Source: Eledone cirrhosa
Lineage: Eukaryota
Reading direction: 5' to 3'
NCBI GenBank assembly: GCA_964016885.1
Contig: OZ024743.1
Span: 307,644,001-307,708,000, forward strand
Length of the DNA stretch: 64,000 nucleotides
Positions 11,701 through 24,479 of this stretch are shown here, piece by piece. The notes beneath the pieces were generated by a model. That model did not search any database. It was given only the letters and a program-made list of their open reading frames with translations, and was not told the DNA's origin. Both the position numbers and the translations under genes were made by a program. The stretch's first letter is position 1. Each line of letters opens with the position of its first letter.

Positions 11701-14700
11701 GAGCATGCCTTGCTTCATGTGTAAAGTTTGTGTCTGTAAAGGTTTGAAAGATAGGAGGTGAACATGCCTTGCTGGATGTGTAAACTTTGTGTCTGTAAAG
11801 GTTTGAAAGATAGGAGGTGAGCATGCCCTGCTGGATGTGTAAAGTTTGTGTCTGTAAAGGTTTGAAAGATAGGAGGTGAGCATGCCCTGCTGGATGTGTA
11901 AAGTTTGTGTCTGTAAATGTTTGAAAGATAGGTGAGCATGCCTTGCTTCATGTGTAAAGTTTGTGTCTGTAAAGGTTTGAAAGGTAGGAGGTGAGCATGC
12001 CCTGCTGGATGTGTAAAGTTTGTGTCTGTAAAGGTTTGAAAGATAGGTGAGCATGCCTTGATGGATGTGTAAAGTTTGTGTCTGTAAAGGTTTGAAAGAT
12101 AGGTGAGCATGCCTTGATGGATGTGTAAAGTTTGTGTCTGTAAAGGTTTGAAAGATAGGAGGTGAGTATGCCCTGCTGGATGTGTAAAGTTTGTGTCTGT
12201 AAAGGTTTGAAAGATAGGAGGTGAGCATGCCTTGCTAGATGTGTAAAGTTTGTGTCTGTAAAGGTTTGAAAGATAGGAGGTGAGCATGCCTTGCTGGATG
12301 TGTAAAGTTTGTGTCTGTAAAGGTTTGAAAGATAGGAGGTGAGCATGCCTTGCTGGATGTGTAAAGTTTGTGTCTGTAAAGGTTTGAAAGATATGAGGTG
12401 AGCATGCCCTGCTGGATGTGTAAAGTTTGTGTCTGTAAAGGTTTGAAAGATAGGTGAGCATGCCTTGCTGGATGTGTAAAGTTTGTGTCTGTAAAGGTTT
12501 GAAAGATAGGAGGTGAGCATGCCCTGCTGGATGTGTAAAGTTTGTGTCTGTAAAGGTTTGAAAGATAGGAGGTGAGCATGCCTTGCTGGATGTGTAAAGT
12601 TTGTGTCTGTAACGGTTTGAAAGATATGTGAGCATGCCCTGCTGGATGTGTAAAGTTTGTGTCTGTAAAGGTTTGAAAGATAGGTGAGCATGCTCTGCTG
12701 GATGTGTAAAGTTTGTGTCTGTGAAGGTTTGAAAGATAGGTGAGCATACCTTGCTGGATGTGTAAAGTTTGTGTCTGTAAAGGTTTGAAAGATAGGAGGT
12801 GAGCATGCCCTGCTGGATGTGTAAAGTTTGTGTATGTAAAGGTTTGAAAGATAGGTGAGCATGCCTTGCTGGATGTGTAAAGTTTGTGTCTGTAAAGGTT
12901 TGAAAGATAGGAGGTGAGCATGCCCTGCTGGATGTGTAAAGTTTGTGTCTGTAAAGGTTTGAAAGATAGGAGGTGAGCATGCCCTGCTGGATGTGTAAAG
13001 TTTGTGTCTGTAAAGGTTTGAAAGATAGGAGGTGAGCATGTCCTGCTGGATGTGTAAAGTTTGTGTGCGTAAAGGTTTGAAAGATAGGAGGTGAGCATGC
13101 CGTGCTGGATGTGTAAAGTTTGTGTCTGTAAAGGTTTGAAAGATAGGAGGTGAGCATGCCTTGATGGATGTGTAATGTTTGTGTCTGTAAAGGTTTGAAA
13201 GATAGGTGAGCATGCCTTGCTGGATGTGTAAAGTTTGTGTCTGTAAAGGTTTGAAAGATAGGATGTGAGCATGCCTTGCTGGATGTGTAAAGTTTGTGTC
13301 TGTAAAGGTTTGAAAGATAGGATGTGAGCATGCCTTGCTGGATGTGTAAAGTTTGTGTCTGTAAAGGTTTGAAAGATAGGTGGTGAGCATGCCTTGCTGG
13401 ATGTGTAAAGTTTGTGTCTGTAAAGGTTTGAAAGGTAGGAGGTGAGCATGCCTTGCTGGATGTGTAAAGTTTGTGTCTGTAAAGGTTTGAAAGATATGAG
13501 GTGAGCATGCCCTGCTGGATGTGTAAAGTTTGTGTCTGTAAAGGTTTGAAAGATATGAGGTGAGCATGCCCTGCTGGATGTGTAAAGTTTGTGTCTGTAA
13601 AGGTTTGAAAGATAGGTGAGCATGCCTTGCTTCATGTGTAAAGTTTGTGTCTGTAAAGGTTTGAAAGATAGGAGGTGAGCATGCCCTGCTGGATGTGTAA
13701 AGTTTGTGTCTGTAAAGGTTTGAAAGATAGGAGGTGAGCATGCCTTGCTAGATGTGTAAAGTTTGTGTCTGTAAAGGTTTGAAAGATAGGAGGTGAACAT
13801 GCCTTGCTGGATGTGTAAACTTTGTGTCTGTAAAGGTTTGAAAGATAGGAGGTGAGCATGCCCTGCTGGATGTGTAAAGTTTGTGTCTGTAAAGGTTTGA
13901 AAGACAGGAGGTGAGCATGCCCTGCTGGATGTGTAAAGTTTGTGTCTGTAAATGTTTGAAAGATAGGTGAGCATGCCTTGCTTCATGTGTAAAGTTTGTG
14001 TCTGTAAAGGTTTGAAAGATAGGAGGTGAGCATGCCCTGCTGGATGTGTAAAGTTTGTGTCTGTAAAGGTTTGAAAGATAGGAGGTGAGCATGCCTTGCT
14101 AGATGTGTAAAGTTTGTGTCTGTAAAGGTTTGAAAGGTAGGAGGTGAGCATGCCCTGCTGGATGTGTAAAGTTTGTGTCTGTAAAGGTTTGAAAGGTAGG
14201 AGGTGAGCATGCCCTGCTGCATGTGTAAAGTTTGTGTCTGTAAAGGTTTGAAAGATAGGAGGTGAGCATGCCTTGCTGGATGTGTAAAGTTTGTGTCTGT
14301 AAAGGTTTGAAAGATAGGAGGTGAGCATGCCCTGCTGGATGTGTAAAGTTTGTGTCTGTAAAGGTTTGAAAGATAGGAGGTGAGCATGCCCTGCTGGATG
14401 TGTAAAGTGTGTGTCTGTAAAGGTTTGAAAGATAGGAGGTGAGCATGCCTTGCTTCATGTGTAAAGTTTGTGTCTGTTAAGGTTTGAAAGATAGGTGAGC
14501 ATGCCTTGCTTCATGTGTAAAGTTTGTCTGTAAAGGTTTGAAAGATAGGTGAGCATGCCTTGATGGATGTGTAAAGTTTGTGTCTGTAAAGGTTTGAAAG
14601 ATAGGTGAGCATGCCTTGATGGATGTGTAAAGTTTGTGTCTGTAAAGGTTTGAAAGATAGGAGGTGAGTATGCCCTGCTGGATGTGTAAAGTTTGTGTCT

Positions 14701-15754
14701 GTAACGGTTTGAAAGATAGGTGAGCATGCCTTGATGGATGTGTAAAGTTTGTGTCTCTAAAGGTTTGAAAGATAGGTGAGCATGCCTTGATGGATGTGTA
14801 AAGTTTGTGTCTGTAAAGGTTTGAAAGATAGGAGGTGAGCATGCCTTGCTGGATGTGTAAAGTTTGTGTCTGTAAAGGTTTGAAAGATAGGTGAGCAAGC
14901 CTTGATGGATGTGTAAAGTTTGTGTCTGTAAAGGTTTGAAAGATAGGTGAGCATGCCTTGATGGATGTGTAAAGTTTGTGTCTGTAAAGGTTTGAAAGAT
15001 AGGAGGTGAGCATGCCCTGCTGGATGTGTAAAGTTTGTGTCTGTAAAGGTTTGAAAGGTAGGTGAGCATGCCTTGATGGATGTGTAAAGTTTGTGTCTGT
15101 AAAGGTTTGAAAGATATGAGGTGAGCATGCCCTGCTGGATGTGTAAAGTTTGTGTCTGTAAAGGTTTGAAAGATAGGTGAGCATGCCTTGCTTCATGTGT
15201 AAAGTTTGTGTCTGTAAAGGTTTGAAAGATAGGAGGTGAACATGCCTTGCTGGATGTGTAAACTTTGTGTCTGTAAAGGTTTGAAAGATAGGAGGTGAGC
15301 ATGCCCTGCTGGATGTGTAAAGTTTGTGTCTGTAAAGGTTTGAAAGATAGGAGGTGAGCATGCCCTGCTGGATGTGTAAAGTTTGTGTCTGTAAATGTTT
15401 GAAAGATAGGTGAGCATGCCTTGCTTCATGTGTAAAGTTTGTGTCTGTAAAGGTTTGAAAGGTAGGAGGTGAGCATGCCCTGCTGGATGTGTAAAGTTTG
15501 TGTCTGTAAAGGTTTGAAAGATAGGTGAGCATGCCTTGATGGATGTGTAAAGTTTGTGTCTGTAAAGGTTTGAAAGATAGGTGAGCATGCCTTGATGGAT
15601 GTGTAAAGTTTGTGTCTGTAAAGGTTTGAAAGATAGGAGGTGAGTATGCCCTGCTGGATGTGTAAAGTTTGTGTCTGTAAAGGTTTGAAAGATAGGAGGT
15701 GAGCATGCCTTGCTAGATGTGTAAAGTTTGTGTCTGTAAAGGTTTGAAAGATAG
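8762..15754. repeat. Tandem duplication of a 3478-bp unit
   Basis: ORF ends 10154/13632, 10270/13748, 10505/13983, 10977/14455, 11279/14757, 11948/15426 and 12235/15713 share offset 3478, as does AACGG at 9133/12611. Confidence 0.93.
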
Positions 15755-17349
15755 GTGAGCATGCCTTGATGGATGTGTAAAGTTTGTGTCTGTAAAGGTT
15801 TGAAAGATAGGAGGTGAGTATGCCCTGCTGGATGTGTAAAGTTTGTGTCTGTAAAGGTTTGAAAGATAGGAGGTGAGCATGCCTTGCTGGGTGTGTAAAC
15901 TTTGTGTCTGTAAAGGTTTGAAAGATAGGAGGTGAGCATGCCCTGCTGGATGTGTAAAGTTTGTGTCTGTAAAGGTTTGAAAGATAGGAGGTGAACATGC
16001 CCTGCTGGATGTGTAAAGTTTGTGTCTGTAAAGGTTTGAAAGATAGGAGGTGAGCATGCCCTGCTGGAAGTGTAAAGTGTGTGTCTGTAAAGGTTTGAAA
16101 GATAGGAGGTGAGCATGCCTTGCTGGATGTGTAAAGTTTGTCTGTAAAGGTTTGAAAGATAGGTGAGCATGCCTTGATGGATATGTAAAGTTTGTGTCTG
16201 TAAAGGTTTGAAAGATAGGTGAGCATGCCTTGATGGATGTGTAAAGTTTGTGTCTGTAAAGGTTTGAAAGATAGGAGGTGAGTATGCCCTGCTGGATGTG
16301 TAAAGTTTGTGTCTGTAAAGTTTTGAAAGATAGGTGAGCATGCCTTGATGGATGTGTAAAGTTTGTGTCTGTAAAGGTTTGAAAGATAGGTGAGCATGCC
16401 TTGATGGATGTGTAAAGTTTGTGTCTGTAAAGGTTTGAAAGATAGGAGGTCAGCATGCCTTGCTGGATGTGTAAAGTTTGTGTCTGTAAAGGTTTGAAAG
16501 ATAGGAGGTGAGCATGCCCTGCTGGATGTGTAAAGTTTGTGTCTGTAAAGGTTTGAAAGATAGGTGAGCATGCCTTGATGGATGTGTAAAGTTTGTGTCT
16601 GTAAAGGTTTGAAAGATAGGTGAGCATGCCTTGATGGATGTGTAAAGTTTGTGTCTGTAAAGGTTTGAAAGATAGGAGGTCAGCATGCCTTGCTGGATGT
16701 GTAAAGTTTGTGTCTGTAAAGGTTTGAAAGATAGGAGGTCAGCATGCCTTGCTGGATGTGTAAAGTTTGTGTCTGTAAAGGTTTGAAAGATAGGAGGTGA
16801 GCATGCCCTGCTGGATGTGTAAAGTTTGTGTCTGTAAAGGTTTGAAAGATAGGTGAGCATGCCTTGCTTCATGTGTAAAGTTTGTCTGTAAAGGTTTGAA
16901 AGATAGGTGAACATGCCTTGATGGATGTGTAAAGTTTGTGTCTGTAAAGGTTTGAAAGATAGGTGAGCATGCCTTGATGGATGTGTAAAGTTTGTGTCTG
17001 TAAAGGTTTGAAAGATAGGAGGTCAGCATGCCTTGCTGGATGTGTAAAGTTTGTGTCTGTAAAGGTTTGAAAGATAGGAGGTGAGCATGCCCTGCTGGAT
17101 GTGTAAAGTTTGTGTCTGTAAAGGTTTGAAAGATAGGTGAGCATGCCTTGCTTCATGTGTAAAGTTTGTCTGTAAAGGTTTGAAAGATAGGTGAGCATGC
17201 CTTGATGGATATGTAAAGTTTGTGTCTGTAAAGGTTTGAAAGATAGGTGAGCATGCCTTGATGGATGTGTAAAGTTTGTGTCTGTAAAGGTTTGAAAGAT
17301 AGGAGGTGAGTATGCCCTGCTGGATGTGTAAAGTTTGTGTCTGTAAAGT

Positions 17350-20300
17350 TTTGAAAGATAGGTGAGCATGCCTTGATGGATGTGTAAAGTTTGTGTCTGT
17401 AAAGGTTTGAAAGATAGGTGAGCATGCCTTGATGGATGTGTAAAGTTTGTGTCTGTAAAGGTTTGAAAGATAGGAGGTCAGCATGCCTTGCTGGATGTGT
17501 AAAGTTTGTGTCTGTAAAGGTTTGAAAGATAGGAGGTGAGCATGCCCTGCTGGATGTGTAAAGTTTGTGTCTGTAAAGGTTTGAAAGATAGGTGAGCATG
17601 CCTTGATGGATGTGTAAAGTTTGTGTCTGTAAAGGTTTGAAAGATAGGTGAGCATGCCTTGATGGATGTGTAAAGTTTGTGTCTGTAAAGGTTTGAAAGA
17701 TAGGAGGTGAGCATGCCTTGCTGGATGTGTAAAGTTTGTGTCTGTAAAGGTTTGAAAGATAGGTGAGCAAGCCTTGATGGATGTGTAAAGTCTGTGTCTG
17801 TAAAGGTTTGAAAGATAGGAGGTGAGCATGCCTTGCTAGATGTGTAAAGTTTGTGTCTGTAAAGGTTTGAAAGATAGGAGGTGAGTATGCCCTGCTGGAT
17901 GTGTAAAGTTTGTGTCTGTAAAGGTTTGAAAGATAGGAGGTGAGCTTGCCTTGCTAGATGTGTAAAGTTTGTGTCTGTAAAGGTTTGAAAGATAGGAGGT
18001 GAACATGCCTTGCTGGATGTGTAAACGTTGTGTCTGTAAAGGTTTGAAAGATAGGAGGTGAGCATGCCCTGCTGGATGTGTAAAGTTTGTGTCTGTAAAG
18101 GTTTGAAAGATAGGAGGTGAGCATGCCCTGCTGGATGTGTAAAGTGTGTGTCTGTAAAGGTTTGAAAGATAGGTGAGCATGCCTTGCTTCATGTGTAAAG
18201 TTTGTCTGTAAAGGTTTGAAAGATAGGTGAGCATGCCTTGATGGATGTGTAAAGTTTGTGTCTGTAAAGGTTTGAAAGATAGGTGAGCATGCCTTGATGG
18301 ATGTGTAAAGTTTGTGTCTGTAAAGGTTTGAAAGATAGGAGGTGAGTATGCCCTGCTGGATGTGTAAAGTTTGTGTCTGTAAAGGTTTGAAAGATAGGTG
18401 AGCATGCCTTGATGGATGTGTAAAGTTTGTGTCTGTAAAGGTTTGAAAGATAGGTGAGCATGCCTTGATGGATGTGTAAAGTTTGTGTCTGTAAAGGTTT
18501 GAAAGATAGGTGAGCAAGCCTTGATGGATGTGTAAAGTTTGTGTCTGTAAAGGTTTGAAAGATAGGTGAGCATGCCTTGATGGATGTGTAAAGTTTGTGT
18601 CTGTAAAGGTTTGAAAGATAGGAGGTGAGCATGCCCTGCTGGATGTGTAAAGTTTGTGTCTGTAAAGGTTTGAAAGGTAGGTGAGCATGCCTTGATGGAT
18701 GTGTAAAGTTTGTGTCTGTAAAGGTTTGAAAGATATGAGGTGAGCATGCCCTGCTGGATGTGTAAAGTTTGTGTCTGTAAAGGTTTGAAAGATAGGTGAG
18801 CATGCCTTGCTTCATGTGTAAAGTTTGTGTCTGTAAAGGTTTGAAAGATAGGAGGTGAGCATACCCTGCTGGATGTGTAAAGTTTGCGTCTGTAAAGGTT
18901 TGAAAGATAGGAGGTGAGCATGCCTTGCTAGATGTGTAAAGTTTGTGTCTGTAAAGGTTTGAAAGATAGGAGGTGAACATGCCTTGCTGGATGTGTAAAC
19001 TTTGTGTCTGTAAAGGTTTGAAAGATAGGAGGTGAGCATGCCCTGCTGGATGTGTAAAGTTTGTGTCTGTAAAGGTTTGAAAGATAGGAGGTGAGCATGC
19101 CCTGCTGGATGTGTAAAGTTTGTGTCTGTAAATGTTTGAAAGATAGGTGAGCATGCCTTGCTTCATGTGTAAAGTTTGTGTCTGTAAAGGTTTGAAAGGT
19201 AGGAGGTGAGCATGCCCTGCTGGATGTGTAAAGTTTGTGTCTCTAAAGGTTTGAAAGATAGGTGAGCATGCCTTGATGGATGTGTAAAGTTTGTGTCTGT
19301 AAAGGTTTGAAAGATAGGTGAGCATGCCTTGATGGATGTGTAAAGTTTGTGTCTGTAAAGGTTTGAAAGATAGGAGGTGAGTATGCCCTGCTGGATGTGT
19401 AAAGTTTGTGTCTGTAAAGGTTTGAAAGATAGGAGGTGAGCATGCCTTGCTAGATGTGTAAAGTTTGTGTCTGTAAAGGTTTGAAAGATAGGTGAGCATG
19501 CCTTGATGGATGTGTAAAGTTTGTGTCTGTAAAGGTTTGAAAGATAGGAGGTGAGTATGCCCTGCTGGATGTGTAAAGTTTGTGTCTGTAAAGGTTTGAA
19601 AGAAAGGAGGTGAGCATGCCTTGCTAGATGTGTAAAGTTTGTGTCTGTAAAGGTTTGAAAGATAGGAGGTGAACATGCCTTGCTGGATGTGTAAACTTTG
19701 TGTCTGTAAAGGTTTGAAAGATAGGAGGTGAGCATGCCCTGCTGGATGTGTAAAGTTTGTGTCTGTAAAGGTTTGAAAGATAGGAGGTGAACATGCCCTG
19801 CTGGATGTGTAAAGTTTGTGTCTGTAAAGGTTTGAAAGATAGGAGGTGAGCATGCCCTGCTGGATGTGTAAAGTGTGTGTCTGTAAAGGTTTGAAAGATA
19901 GGTGAGCATGCCTTGCTTCATGTGTAAAGTTTGTCTGTAAAGGTTTGAAAGATAGGTGAGCATGCCTTGATGGATGTGTAATGTTTGTGTCTGTAAAGGT
20001 TTGAAAGATAGGAGGTGAGCATGCCTTGCTGGATGTGTAAAGTTTGTGTCTGTAAAGGTTTGAAAGATAGGTGAGCATGCCTTGCTGGATGTGTAAACGT
20101 TGTGTCTGTAAAGGCTTGAAAGATAGGAGGTGAGCATGCCTTGCTGGATGTGTAAAGTTTGTGTCTGTAAAGGTTTGAAAGATAGGTGAGCATGCCCTGC
20201 TGGATGTGTAAAGTGTGTGTCTGTAAAGGTTTGAAAGATAGGTCAGCATGCCCTGCTGGATGTGTAAAGTTTGTGTCTGTAAAGGTTTGAAAGATAGGTG

Positions 20301-23300
20301 AGCATGCCTTGATGGATGTGTAAAGTTTGTGTCTGTAAAGGTTTGAAAGATAGGTGAGCATGCCTTGATGGATGTGTAAAGTTTGTGTCTGTAAAGGTTT
20401 GAAAGATAGGAGGTCAGCATGCCTTGCTGGATGTGTAAAGTTTGTGTCTGTAAAGGTTTGAAAGATAGGAGGTGAGCATGCCCTGCTGGATGTGTAAAGT
20501 TTGTGTCTGTAAAGGTTTGAAAGATAGGTGAGCATGCCTTGATGGATGTGTAAAGTTTGTGTCTGTAAAGGTTTGAAAGATAGGTGAGCATGCCTTGATG
20601 GATGTGTAAAGTTTGTGTCTGTAAAGGTTTGAAAGATAGGAGGTGAGCATGCCTTGCTGGATGTGTAAAGTTTGTGTCTGTAAAGGTTTGAAAGATAGGT
20701 GAGCAAGCCTTGATGGATGTGTAAAGTCTGTGTCTGTAAAGGTTTGAAAGATAGGAGGTGAGCATGCCTTGCTAGATGTGTAAAGTTTGTGTCTGTAAAG
20801 GTTTGAAAGATAGGAGGTGAGTATGCCCTGCTGGATGTGTAAAGTTTGTGTCTGTAAAGGTTTGAAAGATAGGAGGTGAGCTTGCCTTGCTAGATGTGTA
20901 AAGTTTGTGTCTGTAAAGGTTTGAAAGATAGGAGGTGAACATGCCTTGCTGGATGTGTAAACGTTGTGTCTGTAAAGGTTTGAAAGATAGGAGGTGAGCA
21001 TGCCCTGCTGGATGTGTAAAGTTTGTGTCTGTAAAGGTTTGAAAGATAGGAGGTGAGCATGCCCTGCTGGATGTGTAAAGTGTGTGTCTGTAAAGGTTTG
21101 AAAGATAGGTGAGCATGCCTTGCTTCATGTGTAAAGTTTGTCTGTAAAGGTTTGAAAGATAGGTGAGCATGCCTTGATGGATGTGTAAAGTTTGTGTCTG
21201 TAAAGGTTTGAAAGATAGGTGAGCATGCCTTGATGGATGTGTAAAGTTTGTGTCTGTAAAGGTTTGAAAGATAGGAGGTGAGTATGCCCTGCTGGATGTG
21301 TAAAGTTTGTGTCTGTAAAGGTTTGAAAGATAGGTGAGCATGCCTTGATGGATGTGTAAAGTTTGTGTCTGTAAAGGTTTGAAAGATAGGTGAGCATGCC
21401 TTGATGGATGTGTAAAGTTTGTGTCTGTAAAGGTTTGAAAGATAGGTGAGCAAGCCTTGATGGATGTGTAAAGTTTGTGTCTGTAAAGGTTTGAAAGATA
21501 GGTGAGCATGCCTTGATGGATGTGTAAAGTTTGTGTCTGTAAAGGTTTGAAAGATAGGAGGTGAGCATGCCCTGCTGGATGTGTAAAGTTTGTGTCTGTA
21601 AAGGTTTGAAAGGTAGGTGAGCATGCCTTGATGGATGTGTAAAGTTTGTGTCTGTAAAGGTTTGAAAGATATGAGGTGAGCATGCCCTGCTGGATGTGTA
21701 AAGTTTGTGTCTGTAAAGGTTTGAAAGATAGGTGAGCATGCCTTGCTTCATGTGTAAAGTTTGTGTCTGTAAAGGTTTGAAAGATAGGAGGTGAGCATGC
21801 CCTGCTGGATGTGTAAAGTTTGCGTCTGTAAAGGTTTGAAAGATAGGAGGTGAGCATGCCTTGCTAGATGTGTAAAGTTTGTGTCTGTAAAGGTTTGAAA
21901 GATAGGAGGTGAACATGCCTTGCTGGATGTGTAAACTTTGTGTCTGTAAAGGTTTGAAAGATAGGAGGTGAGCATGCCCTGCTGGATGTGTAAAGTTTGT
22001 GTCTGTAAAGGTTTGAAAGATAGGAGGTGAGCATGCCCTGCTGGATGTGTAAAGTTTGTGTCTGTAAATGTTTGAAAGATAGGTGAGCATGCCTTGCTTC
22101 ATGTGTAAAGTTTGTGTCTGTAAAGGTTTGAAAGGTAGGAGGTGAGCATGCCCTGCTGGATGTGTAAAGTTTGTGTCTCTAAAGGTTTGAAAGATAGGTG
22201 AGCATGCCTTGATGGATGTGTAAAGTTTGTGTCTGTAAAGGTTTGAAAGATAGGTGAGCATGCCTTGATGGATGTGTAAAGTTTGTGTCTGTAAAGGTTT
22301 GAAAGATAGGAGGTGAGTATGCCCTGCTGGATGTGTAAAGTTTGTGTCTGTAAAGGTTTGAAAGATAGGAGGTGAGCATGCCTTGCTAGATGTGTAAAGT
22401 TTGTGTCTGTAAAGGTTTGAAAGATAGGTGAGCATGCCTTGATGGATGTGTAAAGTTTGTGTCTGTAAAGGTTTGAAAGATAGGAGGTGAGTATGCCCTG
22501 CTGGATGTGTAAAGTTTGTGTCTGTAAAGGTTTGAAAGAAAGGAGGTGAGCATGCCTTGCTAGATGTGTAAAGTTTGTGTCTGTAAAGGTTTGAAAGATA
22601 GGAGGTGAACATGCCTTGCTGGATGTGTAAACTTTGTGTCTGTAAAGGTTTGAAAGATAGGAGGTGAGCATGCCCTGCTGGATGTGTAAAGTTTGTGTCT
22701 GTAAAGGTTTGAAAGATAGGAGGTGAACATGCCCTGCTGGATGTGTAAAGTTTGTGTCTGTAAAGGTTTGAAAGATAGGAGGTGAGCATGCCCTGCTGGA
22801 TGTGTAAAGTGTGTGTCTGTAAAGGTTTGAAAGATAGGTGAGCATGCCTTGCTTCATGTGTAAAGTTTGTCTGTAAAGGTTTGAAAGATAGGTGAGCATG
22901 CCTTGATGGATGTGTAATGTTTGTGTCTGTAAAGGTTTGAAAGATAGGAGGTGAGCATGCCTTGCTGGATGTGTAAAGTTTGTGTCTGTAAAGGTTTGAA
23001 AGATAGGTGAGCATGCCTTGCTGGATGTGTAAACGTTGTGTCTGTAAAGGCTTGAAAGATAGGAGGTGAGCATGCCTTGCTGGATGTGTAAAGTTTGTGT
23101 CTGTAAAGGTTTGAAAGATAGGTGAGCATGCCCTGCTGGATGTGTAAAGTGTGTGTCTGTAAAGGTTTGAAAGATAGGTCAGCATGCCCTGCTGGATGTG
23201 TAAAGTTTGTGTCTGTAAAGGTTTGAAAGATAGGTGAGCATGCCTTGATGGATGTGTAAAGTTTGTGTCTGTAAAGGTTTGAAAGATAGGTGAGCATGCC

Positions 23301-23404
23301 TTGATGGATGTGTAAAGTTTGTGTCTGTAAAGGTTTGAAAGATAGGAGGTCAGCATGCCTTGCTGGATGTGTAAAGTTTGTGTCTGTAAAGGTTTGAAAG
23401 ATAG
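17350..23404. repeat. Tandem duplication of a 2936-bp unit
   Basis: ORF ends 17478/20414, 17836/20772, 18189/21125, 19243/22179, 19918/22854 and 20414/23350 share offset 2936. Rare markers GAAAGG (GATAGG variant) and AAAGGCTTG occur in both copies. Confidence 0.93.
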
Positions 23405-24479
23405 GTGAGCAAGCCTTGATGGATGTGTAAAGTTTGTGTCTGTAAAGGTTTGAAAGATAGGAGGTGAGCATGCCTTGATGGATGTGTAAAGTTTGTGTCT
23501 GTAAAGGTTTGAAAGATAGGAGGCGAGCATGCCTTGCTGGATGTGTAAAGTTTGTGTCTGTAAAGGTTTGAAAGATAGGAGGTGAGCATGCCTTGCTGGA
23601 TGTGTAAACTTCGTTTCTGTAAAGGTTTGAAAGATAGGAGGTGAGCATGCCTTGATGGATGTGTAAAGTTTGTGTCTGTAAAGGTTTGAAAGATAGGAGG
23701 TGAGCATGCCTTGCTGGATGTGTAAAGTTTGTGTCTGTAAAGGTTTGAAAGATAGGAGGTGAGCATGCCTTGATGGATGTGTAAAGTTTGTGTCTGTAAA
23801 GGTTTGAAAGATATGAGGTGAGCATGCCCTGCTGGATGTGTAAAGTTTGTGTCTGTAAAGGTTTGAAAGATAGGTGAGCATGCCTTGCTGGATGTGTAAA
23901 GTTTGTGTCTGTAAAGGTTTGAAAGATAGGAGGTGAGCATGCCCTGCTGGATGTGTAAAGTTTGTGTCTGTAAAGGTTTGAAAGATAGGAGGTGAGCATG
24001 CCTTGCTGGATGTGTAAAGTTTGTGTCTGTAACGGTTTGAAAGATAGGTGAGCATGCCCTGCTGGATGTGTAAAGTTTGTGTCTGTAAAGGTTTGAAAGA
24101 TAGGAGGTGAGCATGCCTTGCTGGATGTGTAAAGTTTGTGTCTGTAAAGGTTTGAAAGATAGGAGGTGAGCATGCCTTGATGGATGTGTAATGTTTGTGT
24201 CTGTAAAGGTTTGAAAGATAGGAGGTGAGCATGCCTTGCTGGATGTGTAAAGTTTGTGTCTGTCAAGGTTTGAAAGATAGGAGGTGAGCATGCCTTGATG
24301 GATGTGTAATGTTTGTGTCTGTAAAGGTTTGAAAGATAGGAGGTGAGCATGCCTTGCTGGATGTGTAAAGTTTGTGTCTGTCAAGGTTTGAAAGATAGGA
24401 GGTGAGCATGCCTTGATGGATGTGTAATGTTTGTGTCTGTAAAGGTTTGAAAGATAGGAGGTGAGCATGCCTTGCTGGA

